The position numbers and the translations under genes were made by a program. This document shows, piece after piece, positions 46,219 to 55,297 of a stretch of DNA of 64,000 bases (positions are counted from its first letter, which is position 1; every line of letters starts with the position of its first letter). Under the pieces are notes generated by a model that made no database searches, was not told the origin of the DNA, and saw nothing but the letters and a program-made list of their open reading frames with translations. Origin of the DNA: an uncultured Chloroflexia bacterium (GTDB lineage Bacteria > Chloroflexota > Limnocylindria > Limnocylindrales > CSP1-4); the NCBI GenBank assembly GCA_963718285.1, contig CAVQYU010000005.1, positions 690,552 through 754,551 of the forward strand, given 5' to 3'.

Positions 46219-46410
46219 TTGGCGCAACGCCGCCGCCACTTCGGAACGCGCGGCGCCTCGAGCGAACGGTTCCGATCCGGCCGAGCGTTCTACCCGTACC
46301 AACGGTGTGCGCTGGATAACGACTGGTCAGCGGGCCAGAAAACCGGCCGAGGGTATACTCGGGCTGAGGTCGGCGCACGGTCGCCGGCTGAACGATTCGG
46401 AGGCTCCTTC

Positions 46411-48324
46411 TTGAACGCCAAATTTGCCCGCAACGGGATCGTGATGCTGGTCCTGGTCGCGGGGACGCTCGTGCTCCTGTGGCAGCTGCTCGGGCAGCCC
46501 ACCCAGCCCAATTCCATCGGCTACTCGCAGTTCCTGACGAACGTTCAGAACGGCAAGGTCAGCCAGGTCGTCCAGGAGCAGTCCAACCTGACCGTGACCA
46601 CGACCGAGACGCCCGCCTCGACCTACTCGGTCACGGTGCCCACGATCCTGATCGACGTCAATGCCCAGATGCACGCCGCGGCAGCCGCCGGCAACCAGAC
46701 CCTGCGCGCCGACGTGTTCCTGGCCAAGGACGCGCCCGACACGTCCTGGATCGGCCTGCTCGCAACCACCCTGCTGCCCCTGATCCTGATCGTGGGCTTC
46801 ATCCTGTTCATGATGCGCCAGGCCCAGGGCACGAATAACCAGGCCCTCAGCTTCGGCAAGAGCCGGGCCCGGATGTTCCTGGGCAACAAGACCGTCGTCA
46901 CGTTCGCCGACGTGGCCGGCGTGGACGAGGCCAAGATGGAGCTCCAGGAAGTCGTGGAGTTCCTGAAATACCCCGAGAAGTTCAACTCGCTCGGAGCGCG
47001 CATCCCGCGGGGCGTCCTGCTCGTCGGACCTCCCGGCACGGGCAAGACCCTGATGGCCCGGGCTGTCGCCGGCGAGGCCGGGGTGCCCTTCTTCAGCATC
47101 TCCGGCTCCGAGTTCGTCGAGATGTTCGTGGGCGTCGGCGCCAGCCGTGTCCGGGACCTGTTCGACCAGGCCAAGCGCAACTCGCCGTGCATCGTCTTCG
47201 TGGACGAGATCGACGCGGTCGGCCGCCAGCGCGGGGCCGGCCTCGGTGGCTCGCACGACGAGCGCGAGCAGACCCTCAACCAGATCCTGGTCGAGATGGA
47301 TGGCTTCGACACGAACACGAACGTGATCGTGGTGGCCGCCACCAACCGACCTGACGTCCTCGACCCGGCCCTCCTTCGGCCGGGCCGGTTCGACCGCCAG
47401 GTGATCCTGGACCGGCCGGACATGAAGGGCCGGACGGCGATCCTCAAGGTCCACACCAAGGGCAAGCCGCTCGACAAGGGCCTCGAGGTCGAGGGCATCG
47501 CCCGTCAGTCGCCGGGCTTCTCCGGAGCCGACCTGGCCAACCTGGTCAACGAGGCGGCCATCCTGGCCGCGCGGCGTAACAAGAAGGTCATCGGGATGTC
47601 CGAGTTCCAGGAGGCGCTCGAGCGGATCGTGGCCGGTCCCGAGCGGCGCAGCCGGGTCATCTCGGACGCCGAGAAGAAGATCATTGCCTACCACGAGGGT
47701 GGCCACGCAGTCGTGATGCGCGTCCTGCCCAAGTGCGACCCGGTCCAGAAGGTCACGATCATCAGCCGCGGCATGGCCCTCGGCTACACGATGGGCGTGC
47801 CGATGGAGGACCGCTACCTCAAGTCCAAGACCGAGTTCGAGGACCAGATTGCCGGCCTGCTGGCGGGCAATGCCTCGGAGCGGATCGTCTTCGGCGACAC
47901 GACCACTGGTGCCAGCAACGACATCGAGAAGGCCACCGACCTGGCCCGGCGGATGGTCACCGAGTACGGCATGAGCGAGCGGCTCGGGCCGTTGTCCTTC
48001 GGCAAGCGCGAAGAGATGGTCTTCCTCGGCCGCGACCTCGGCGAGCAGCGCAACTACTCCGACGAGGTTGCCAAGGAGATCGACGAAGAGGTCCGGGCGA
48101 TCATCGATCGGGCCTATGAGCGGGCCCACGAGGTCCTCACCACGAACCGCGAACGGCTCGACCGCCTGGCGGCCAAGCTGGTTGCCGAAGAGACCGTCGA
48201 TTCGGACGGCTTCGAGGCGCTCTTTGCCGACCTGCCGCCCAAGACGGACGTGCGCACCCACGGCTCGATCGTCGCTCCGGGCGATACCGGGCCGGCCATC
48301 GAACCATCGCCGATGCCCATCTGA
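46411..48324 (+). CDS. ftsH: ATP-dependent zinc metalloprotease FtsH
   Basis: Two TM helices; [40 protein letters not shown]; GGAGG RBS; TATACT -10 at 46354. Confidence 0.97.
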   Translation: MNAKFARNGIVMLVLVAGTLVLLWQLLGQPTQPNSIGYSQFLTNVQNGKVSQVVQEQSNLTVTTTETPASTYSVTVPTILIDVNAQMHAAAAAGNQTLRADVFLAKDAPDTSWIGLLATTLLPLILIVGFILFMMRQAQGTNNQALSFGKSRARMFLGNKTVVTFADVAGVDEAKMELQEVVEFLKYPEKFNSLGARIPRGVLLVGPPGTGKTLMARAVAGEAGVPFFSISGSEFVEMFVGVGASRVRDLFDQAKRNSPCIVFVDEIDAVGRQRGAGLGGSHDEREQTLNQILVEMDGFDTNTNVIVVAATNRPDVLDPALLRPGRFDRQVILDRPDMKGRTAILKVHTKGKPLDKGLEVEGIARQSPGFSGADLANLVNEAAILAARRNKKVIGMSEFQEALERIVAGPERRSRVISDAEKKIIAYHEGGHAVVMRVLPKCDPVQKVTIISRGMALGYTMGVPMEDRYLKSKTEFEDQIAGLLAGNASERIVFGDTTTGASNDIEKATDLARRMVTEYGMSERLGPLSFGKREEMVFLGRDLGEQRNYSDEVAKEIDEEVRAIIDRAYERAHEVLTTNRERLDRLAAKLVAEETVDSDGFEALFADLPPKTDVRTHGSIVAPGDTGPAIEPSPMPI

Positions 48325-48356
48325 GCGACGCGCTCAGTCCCAATCCCGCAATCCCG

Positions 48357-48390
48357 ACGAGCGAGCCAGACCGGCTCGCTCGTTCTGATT
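48357..48390 (+). terminator. Hairpin after ftsH, probable terminator
   Basis: 11-bp perfect stem ACGAGCGAGCC/GGCTCGCTCGT, 5-nt loop, weak U-tract TCTGATT. Confidence 0.6.
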
Positions 48391-48474
48391 CCGGGTCGCG
48401 GCGCGCGTCGGTACACTGACCAGAGCCAGGCTCGGCCGAAACGCGAGCCGGTCCCAGGAGGGCCACCCAGCGCG

Positions 48475-49851
48475 ATGACAACCGAGCTCGACGCCTACCT
48501 CGACACGACCTCCGACCGACGCTTGGCGTCGTACCTCGAGTTCCTGCGCATCCCGAGCATCTCCGCCCAGCCCGAGTACGCCGGCGCCTGTCGCCAGGCG
48601 GCCGAGTGGATCGCCGGCCAGCTCCATGGCATGGGCGTCGAGAACATCGAGGTCAGCGAGACGGGCGGCCATCCGATCGTCTACGGCGACTGGCTGCACG
48701 CGCCGGATGCGCCGACCGTCATCGTCTACGGCCACTACGACGTCCAGCCGGTCGATCCGATCGACCTGTGGGAGACGGCCCCGTTCGAGCCGTTCGTCAA
48801 GGGCGACCGGGTGATTGGCCGGGGGTCGGCCGACGACAAGGGCCAGATCCATATCCACCTGCGGGCGACCGAGGCGATCCTGGCCACCCGGGGCTCGCTG
48901 CCGGTCAACCTCAAGTTCGTGTTCGAAGGGGAAGAGGAATCGAGCTCGATCAACCTGGACGCCTGGCTCGAGTCGAATCGGGAGCGCCTGGCGGCCGACC
49001 TGGCCGTGATCAGCGACAGCGGATTCTTCGACGGCAACCTGCCTGCGATCACCGTGGGCCTGCGCGGCATCTGCTACGTCCAGGTCGACGTGATCGGGAC
49101 CGCGGTCGACCTCCACTCGGGCCAGTTCGGCGGAGCCGTCCAGAACCCGGCCAACGCCCTGGCCCAGATCATCGCCGCGCTCAAGGGCCCCGACGGCCGG
49201 ATCCGGGTGCCCGGCTTCTACGACGACGTGGTCAGCCTGACCGAGGCCGACCGGGCCAGCTTCGCCGCGCTGCCGTTCGACGAGGAGCGCTACCGCACCG
49301 ACCTGGGCCTGCCAGCCCTGGTCGGCGAGGCAGGTTACAGCACGCTCGAGCGCCGTGGCGGGCGGCCCACCCTCGACGTCAACGGCCTGTGGGCCGGCTT
49401 TCAGGGCGAGGGCGCGAAGACAATCATCCCGGCTCATGCCCACGCCAAGATCAGCTGCCGGCTGGTAACGGCCCAGGATCCCGATACGATCTTCGAGCTG
49501 CTCCGGGCCTACATCCTGGAGGTCGCCCCGCCCGGCTGCCTGGTCGAGGTGTCTGACCTCGGCGGGGGACGGCCGAGCCTCACCCCGATCGATCATCCGG
49601 CCACCCAGGCCGCGGCCCGGGCGCTGGAGGCGACCTTCGGGACGGCCCCCGTGTACATCCGCGAGGGCGGCTCGATCCCGGTCTGCGCCAGCTTCGAGAC
49701 GATCCTGGGCCTGCCCGTCGTCCTCCTCGGATTCACGCCGCCAGATGACAACGCCCATGCCCCCAACGAGTCGATGTCGCTGGCCAACCAGGAGACGGCG
49801 ATCCGGACGGTGGCCCTGTACTGGGACGAGCTGGCCGCCCTGCCGCGCTGA
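48475..49851 (+). CDS. M20 family dipeptidase
   Basis: YGHYDVQP, GRGSADDKG, EGEEE, DLHSG, GGSIP, HAPNE. Confidence 0.92.
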   Translation: MTTELDAYLDTTSDRRLASYLEFLRIPSISAQPEYAGACRQAAEWIAGQLHGMGVENIEVSETGGHPIVYGDWLHAPDAPTVIVYGHYDVQPVDPIDLWETAPFEPFVKGDRVIGRGSADDKGQIHIHLRATEAILATRGSLPVNLKFVFEGEEESSSINLDAWLESNRERLAADLAVISDSGFFDGNLPAITVGLRGICYVQVDVIGTAVDLHSGQFGGAVQNPANALAQIIAALKGPDGRIRVPGFYDDVVSLTEADRASFAALPFDEERYRTDLGLPALVGEAGYSTLERRGGRPTLDVNGLWAGFQGEGAKTIIPAHAHAKISCRLVTAQDPDTIFELLRAYILEVAPPGCLVEVSDLGGGRPSLTPIDHPATQAAARALEATFGTAPVYIREGGSIPVCASFETILGLPVVLLGFTPPDDNAHAPNESMSLANQETAIRTVALYWDELAALPR

Positions 49852-49953
49852 TCCCGACCGTGGCTGTGCGGAAATGTGGGGTCTGGGAGGGTGATTCGGG
49901 CCTTCCCGGGTGCTAGGATGCGGTGACTGCCATCACCGGGAGGATCCATTCGC

Positions 49954-51033
49954 GTGAGCACCGAAGCTGCCGAGCCGGCCACCAGCCAGAAGGGCGTGTG
50001 GCGTCTCGAGACTCCGAACGGGAGCATGGCGCCGCGCTCGGCGCTGGACGTCCTGGTCGACCTGAACGATCGTGTCACGAGCGGCAAGGTCGGCGAGTTC
50101 CAGCCCATTCCGCTGGGTTTCACCCCCCTCGACAAGACGATCGGATCCGGTCTTCGACCGGGTGAGCTCCTGCTGATCGGCGGCGCCCAGGGCACCGGCA
50201 AGACGACGATGGCCCTCCAGATGGCCCGCAACGTGGCCTCGGCCGGCCAAGCCAACGTCCTGTACATCTGCTTCGAGCACGAAGAGCAGTACCTCCTCAA
50301 CCGGATGATCGCGATGGAATCGGCCCTCGCCCATCTGCCCCACAAGACCGGCGCGATCAAGATCCAGGACGTCCGCAAGGAGATCCTCGGCTCGTGGCTG
50401 GCCGAAGGCCAGTCGGGCACTCAGCTGGCCAATAACCCGCGCCTGCGCCCGTCGCTCGACCGGATCGCCCGCTACGGCCAGAACCTGTTCCTGCTGCGCG
50501 GCTCGCAGACCGCCAGCACGGTCGACAACATCCGCAACCTGGTCCGCCAGCATCGTGAGCTGTCCGGCGACCGGCGCCTGATGGTCATCGTCGACTACAT
50601 GCAGAAGGTGCCGGTCATCCCCGAGCCGCCGACCGAGGCCGAGAAGGTGACCTACGTCATCAACGGCCTCAAGGACATCTCGCTGTCCGAGGACGTCCCG
50701 ATGATCGCAATCGTGGCCGCCGACAAGGAAGGGCTCAAGGCGGCCCGCCTGCGCAACCACCACCTGCGCGGCTCGTCGGCAATCAACTACGAGGCCGACA
50801 TCATCCTGATCCTGAACGAGAAGTACAACGTGGTGGCCAAGGTCAACATCGAGTTCAACCCCTACCAGGCCCAGCGCTTCCGGGACTGGGTGATCGTGTC
50901 GGTCGAGAAGAACCGGGGCGGCCAGGACAACGTGGACCTCGAGTTCGAGAAGCATTTCGAGTTCTCGTGCTTCGACCCGAACGGCCGGACCGTCCAGGAG
51001 AAGCTGATCGAAGAGCGGCTCTACAACGACTGA
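49954..51033 (+). CDS. DnaB-like (SF4) helicase C-terminal domain protein lacking the DnaB N-terminal domain
   Basis: GFTPLDKTIGSGLRPGEL, GAQGTGKT, VDYMQ, LRGSSAINYEAD, EKNRGG; GGAGG RBS. Confidence 0.82.
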   Translation: MSTEAAEPATSQKGVWRLETPNGSMAPRSALDVLVDLNDRVTSGKVGEFQPIPLGFTPLDKTIGSGLRPGELLLIGGAQGTGKTTMALQMARNVASAGQANVLYICFEHEEQYLLNRMIAMESALAHLPHKTGAIKIQDVRKEILGSWLAEGQSGTQLANNPRLRPSLDRIARYGQNLFLLRGSQTASTVDNIRNLVRQHRELSGDRRLMVIVDYMQKVPVIPEPPTEAEKVTYVINGLKDISLSEDVPMIAIVAADKEGLKAARLRNHHLRGSSAINYEADIILILNEKYNVVAKVNIEFNPYQAQRFRDWVIVSVEKNRGGQDNVDLEFEKHFEFSCFDPNGRTVQEKLIEERLYND

Positions 51034-51565
51034 GCCACCCGGCCGGGCCGGCTCCTTTCCGGCGATCGTCGAGATCGTCGTCGAGATTCCGCGGGGAAGC
51101 CGCAACAAGTACGAGTTCGACGAGGCGGCCGGTGTTTTCCGCTTGGACCGGGTCCTGTCCTCGGCCGTCTTCTACAACTTCGACTACGGCTTCATCGAGG
51201 GCACCCGCTCCGGCGACGGCGACCATACCGACGCCCTCCTCCTGATCGACGAGCCCACGTTCACCGGCTGCCGGGTCTGGGGCCGTCCGATTGGCGGGCT
51301 CGAGATGCGCGATGACAAGGGCCCCGACTTCAAGGTCCTGTGCGTGGCCGTGGACGATCCCCACCAGGCCCATGTCGAGCGGCTCGACCAGGTCCGGCCG
51401 CATCGCCTGGTCGAGATTCGCCACTTCTTCGATACCTACAAGCTGCTCGAGGCCAAAGAGACCGACGTGGTCGGTTGGCGCGAGGCCGAGGAGGCCCGCC
51501 AGATCCTGCTGGCCGACCGGGAGCGCTACCTCAGGGAGATCCGGGCCAAGACCGTTCAGGCGTGA
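51026..51565 (+). CDS. ppa: Inorganic pyrophosphatase (start codon appears to be ACG)
   Basis: VEIPRGSRNKYE, LDRVL, YGFIEGT..GDGD..D, D.KVLCV, HFFDTYK. Confidence 0.9.
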   Translation, partial: TTEPPGRAGSFPAIVEIVVEIPRGSRNKYEFDEAAGVFRLDRVLSSAVFYNFDYGFIEGTRSGDGDHTDALLLIDEPTFTGCRVWGRPIGGLEMRDDKGPDFKVLCVAVDDPHQAHVERLDQVRPHRLVEIRHFFDTYKLLEAKETDVVGWREAEEARQILLADRERYLREIRAKTVQA

Positions 51566-52212
51566 CCGACGCCCGTCCCCGCCGATTCGGTCCGCCCGCC
51601 GGCGAGCCTGACGGGCCGCGCCTGTTCGTGGCCATGCCCCTGCCGACCGAGGCGATGGCCGCGGTGGCCGACCTGGTCGCCGGCGTCCGGCTCGCCCCAG
51701 AGCCAGGCCCAGGCGAGCGGCGCGACCCGCTCGACGTGCGCTGGGTCCGGATGGACGGCCTCCACCTGACCCTGCGCTTCCTCGGTCCGACCGATCCCGG
51801 CCGGCTGCCGGAGGCCGAGGCAGCGGTCCAGGCCGCGGTCCTTGGCTCAGCTCCGTTCGAGGTGGGCCTGGCCGGCGCCGGCGTCTTTCCCAATCCCACC
51901 CGGCCGCGGGTCCTGTGGCTGGGGATCGGGCGGGGGATCGACCAGCTCGAGGCCCTCACGATCCGCCTCTCGGGGGCACTGGCCGAGCGGGGCTGGCCCC
52001 ACGACGATCGACCCGTGCGGCCCCACCTGACCCTCGCCCGCAGCGACGGCGTCGCGTCCGGCGCGCTCGTCGCCCGGCGCCTGCTGACGGCCGCGGCGGA
52101 CCTCGACCTGCGCTGGCAGGCCGACCGGCTGGTCCTGTTCGAGAGCCAGACCGGGGGCGGCCCGGCCCGCTATGTGCGTCACCTCGAGGTCACCCTGACT
52201 GCTCCGCGCTAA
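51562..52212 (+). CDS. thpR: RNA 2',3'-cyclic phosphodiesterase (2H family)
   Basis: RLFVA, HLTLRFLG, PRVLW, PHLTLAR. Confidence 0.9.
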   Translation: MTDARPRRFGPPAGEPDGPRLFVAMPLPTEAMAAVADLVAGVRLAPEPGPGERRDPLDVRWVRMDGLHLTLRFLGPTDPGRLPEAEAAVQAAVLGSAPFEVGLAGAGVFPNPTRPRVLWLGIGRGIDQLEALTIRLSGALAERGWPHDDRPVRPHLTLARSDGVASGALVARRLLTAAADLDLRWQADRLVLFESQTGGGPARYVRHLEVTLTAPR

Positions 52213-52274
52213 GGCCGGTGCACCGGCGCATCGCAGGGCGCGACGGAACGTCGAATCAGGGGTACGATCCATCG

Positions 52275-52565
52275 GTGCCCAAACTCGTTTGTCGCTCGTG
52301 CGGGCGGCAGATCTACGCAACGGTTCCGGTCGAGGCGCTGTTCGCCGAGGAGCGTCGCTGCACGCGCTGCGGCGCGAACCTCAACAACGACCGGCGCGAG
52401 ATGGACCGCCGGACGGTCGCCCGGCGGGAGAACCCGCTCGATGAGCCGGGACCGCCCAGCGCCGAGGAGCGTCGCACCGAAACCCGCCGGGAAGCAGCCC
52501 CGCGCCGCAAGGACGGGGCACGCACGTCGGCACCGGCCGGCAGCGGAGCCGGCTGGATCGACTAG
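52275..52565 (+). CDS. Small zinc-ribbon protein with Arg-repeat tail
   Basis: CRSC and CTRC; DRREMDRRTVARR and ERRTETRR; leaderless TACGAT box. Confidence 0.72.
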   Translation: MPKLVCRSCGRQIYATVPVEALFAEERRCTRCGANLNNDRREMDRRTVARRENPLDEPGPPSAEERRTETRREAAPRRKDGARTSAPAGSGAGWID

Positions 52566-52576
52566 GCCGACCAGCG

Positions 52577-53467
52577 GTGCGCCTGGCGTTCCTGGGCCTC
52601 GGCCTGATCGGGGGCTCCGTCGTACGCGCCGTGCGCGCCCACGAGGCGCTCACCGCTGACCCAGCCGGGCCCCTCCGCGAAGCAGATTCGATCGTCGCCT
52701 GGAGCCCCGCTGGCCGAGGGCCGGCCGAGGCGATGGCCGGCGGCGTCATCGATCGGGTGGCCGATTCGCTGGCCAGCGCCGTCGAGGGCGCCGAGATGGT
52801 CGTGCTGGCCGCGGACCCCCTGACCTGCCTCGCCCTGCTCGACCAGCTGGCGGGCCTGCCGCCGGCGGACGAGCCGGCCACGATCACCGATGTCGCGAGC
52901 ACCAAAGCGTTGCTCGGCCGAACGGCGGACGCACTGGGCCTGCCCTATGTCGGCGGTCATCCGCTGGCGGGTCTCGAGCTGGCCGGCTACGGCCACGGCC
53001 GGGCCGACCTGTTCGCCGGCCGGCCGTGGGTCCTGTGCCCCGGCGCGCACGCCCGGCCCATCGACCTCGAGCGGTGCGAGGCCCTCGTCGAGCGCTGCGG
53101 GGCCACCCGCCACTGGCTGAGCGCGGATGCGCACGACCGGGCCGTAGCCGGGATCAGCCACCTGCCCCTGGCGCTGGCGGCGGCCCTGGTCGAGAGCGTC
53201 GGCGAGGCCGACGACTGGGCGCTGGCCGCCGGGCTGGCGGCGGGCGGCTGGCAGAGCTCGACCCGGCTGGCCCGGGGCGACGTGGCGATGGGCGCCGGGA
53301 TCGCCGCGACGAATGCCCCCGAGCTCGCCCGACGCCTGAGATCGGCACGGACCCACCTCGACGGCTGGCTGGCCGACCTCGAGGCCACGCCCGACGACCC
53401 GGCCGCGACCGCCGAGCGGATCGGCCGCCGGCTCGACGCGGCTCGCATGACCCTGGCCGGCGATTGA
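52577..53467 (+). CDS. tyrA: Prephenate dehydrogenase
   Basis: GLGLIGGS, TDVASTK, GGHPLAG, HDRAVAGISHLP, TRLA. Confidence 0.88.
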   Translation: MRLAFLGLGLIGGSVVRAVRAHEALTADPAGPLREADSIVAWSPAGRGPAEAMAGGVIDRVADSLASAVEGAEMVVLAADPLTCLALLDQLAGLPPADEPATITDVASTKALLGRTADALGLPYVGGHPLAGLELAGYGHGRADLFAGRPWVLCPGAHARPIDLERCEALVERCGATRHWLSADAHDRAVAGISHLPLALAAALVESVGEADDWALAAGLAAGGWQSSTRLARGDVAMGAGIAATNAPELARRLRSARTHLDGWLADLEATPDDPAATAERIGRRLDAARMTLAGD

Positions 53468-54066
53468 GCGCCATCGCGACCCGGGCACTGCCCGAGCAGG
53501 TCCTGGTCGTGCCCCGGGCCAGTGTCCTCGGCCGAGCGAGCTGGCAGGGCTTCCGGACGCTCGAGGTCGACGGCCTCCTCGCGGCCATCCTGCGCGAGGG
53601 CCGCTATGAGCCACGCCCGGAGGTCGAGTCCGATCCGCACTGGAAGCAGGTGATCCCGTACCTGATCGTGCGCGACGGCCTCCGCTACTTCCTGATGCAA
53701 CGGACCGCGGCCGGGGCCGATGCCCGGCTCCACGGCGTCCTCACGATCGGGGTCGGTGGCCACCTCAACCCGGGCGACGGTGGCGTCCAGGGCGGGCTCG
53801 TGCGCGAGTGGCGGGAGGAGATCGAGGCGGACTTCGATCCCGAGCCGCGCTTCCTCGGCCTGCTCAACGACGAGACGACGGATGTCGGCCGGGTCCACCT
53901 CGGCCTGGTCTTCTCGGCCGACGCCCGGGGCCGGCCGCTGGCGATCCGCGAAACCGACAAGCTGCGCGGCTCGTTTGCCACGGCCGCCGAGGTCCGGACG
54001 GTCGCCCCGCACCTCGAGACCTGGAGCCAGCTCATTTTCGAACAGCTCGACGACCCGGCCGGCTGA
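53464..54066 (+). CDS. NUDIX-family phosphoesterase
   Basis: E.DP.WKQVIPY, IGVGGHLNP, GLVREWREEI, VGRVHLG, LETWS. Confidence 0.85.
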   Translation: MSAIATRALPEQVLVVPRASVLGRASWQGFRTLEVDGLLAAILREGRYEPRPEVESDPHWKQVIPYLIVRDGLRYFLMQRTAAGADARLHGVLTIGVGGHLNPGDGGVQGGLVREWREEIEADFDPEPRFLGLLNDETTDVGRVHLGLVFSADARGRPLAIRETDKLRGSFATAAEVRTVAPHLETWSQLIFEQLDDPAG

Positions 54067-54124
54067 GCGGAGCGCCTATAATCGGGCGGTCGAGCCGATG
54101 GGCGGCTTCAAACCTGGGGAGGCG

Positions 54125-55297
54125 ATGGCCGCCAAGATCCTCGTCGTCGATGACGACCCGAATGTCCAGCGGCTGCTGACCTATACCCTCAAGCAGGAAG
54201 GCTACGAGGTTCTGGTCGCGTCCGACGGCCAGGAAGGCTATCGCCTGTGGAGCGCCGAGACGCCCGCCCTGATCCTCCTCGACATCATGCTGCCCAAGCT
54301 GGACGGCTACCAGGTGGCCGCCAAGATCCGAACCGACGAGGGCTCCGCCGCCCACGTGCCGATCATCATGCTGACGGCCGAGCGTGAGGTCGAGCAGAAG
54401 GTCAAGGGCCTGCGGGCCGGCGCGGATGACTACCTGATCAAGCCCTTCCATCCGGCCGAGCTGCTCGCTCGGATCAAGAGCCTCCTCGCCCGCTTCGCCC
54501 CGCGGGACCTCCTCGTCGGGCGCCCACCGATGGGCCGGGTGCTGGCGTTCTACGGCGCCAAGGGCGGCGTCGGCACGACCACGATCGCAATCAACGCAGC
54601 GATCGCCCTCCAGCGCGAGCTCGGCCGCAAGGTCGTCCTGGTCGATGCCAACCTGCAGTTCGGTGACCACCGGGTCTTCCTCGACCTGGGCCTCGACCGC
54701 AAGAGCATCATCGACATCGTCACCGCCCCGACGATCGACGTGGACCTGGTCAAGCAGGTCCTCGTCCACCACGACTCCGGGGTCGACCTGCTCCTCGCCC
54801 CGCCGTCGCCCGAGACGGCCGAGCTGGTGACCGAGGAGCACTTGCCCCAGATCCTTGACCAGCTCCGCTCGCTGTACGACTACGTCGTGCTCGACATCGA
54901 CAAGCGCCTCGATGAGATCAACCTGAAGATCCTCGACCAGGCCGACCAGTTCTTCGTGGTCATGACCGCCGACCTGTCGTGCCTCAAGAATGTCCGCCTC
55001 GTGCTCGAGACCATCGCCCACCTGGGCGTCGAGCCGGGCAAGGTCCACCTGGTCCTGAACCGCTCGAACGCGTTCACCGGGATCAGCATGAAGAACGCCG
55101 AGAGCGCCCTGAAGCGGACGATCGAGTTCCAGGTGATCAACGAGTACCGGGGCGCGATCAGTGCCCTGAACAGCGGCGCTCCGTTCATGTACACCAAGGC
55201 CAATTCTCCGCTGGGGCGATCGCTCCTCGAATTCGGTCGCACGATCGACAAGACCGCCTCGGGCGGGGCACCCCAGCCGGCCCTCGGTACGCGCTGA
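54125..55297 (+). CDS. Response regulator receiver + CpaE/TadZ-like protein (paralogue 2)
   Basis: VVDDD, LLDIMLP, LTA, GADDYLIKPF; GAKGGVGTTT, DANLQFGD; TATAAT -10 at 54077. Confidence 0.88.
   Translation: MAAKILVVDDDPNVQRLLTYTLKQEGYEVLVASDGQEGYRLWSAETPALILLDIMLPKLDGYQVAAKIRTDEGSAAHVPIIMLTAEREVEQKVKGLRAGADDYLIKPFHPAELLARIKSLLARFAPRDLLVGRPPMGRVLAFYGAKGGVGTTTIAINAAIALQRELGRKVVLVDANLQFGDHRVFLDLGLDRKSIIDIVTAPTIDVDLVKQVLVHHDSGVDLLLAPPSPETAELVTEEHLPQILDQLRSLYDYVVLDIDKRLDEINLKILDQADQFFVVMTADLSCLKNVRLVLETIAHLGVEPGKVHLVLNRSNAFTGISMKNAESALKRTIEFQVINEYRGAISALNSGAPFMYTKANSPLGRSLLEFGRTIDKTASGGAPQPALGTR

Noticed and set aside
46152-46240. Possible mini-CRISPR array
   Set aside because: Only two units with a 42-bp period, the intervening parts are similar rather than unique spacers, and there are no cas genes.
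45846-46410. Genomic island or prophage integrated at tRNA-Met
   Set aside because: No integrase and no duplicated tRNA 3' end seen in the window; the flanking genes are housekeeping.
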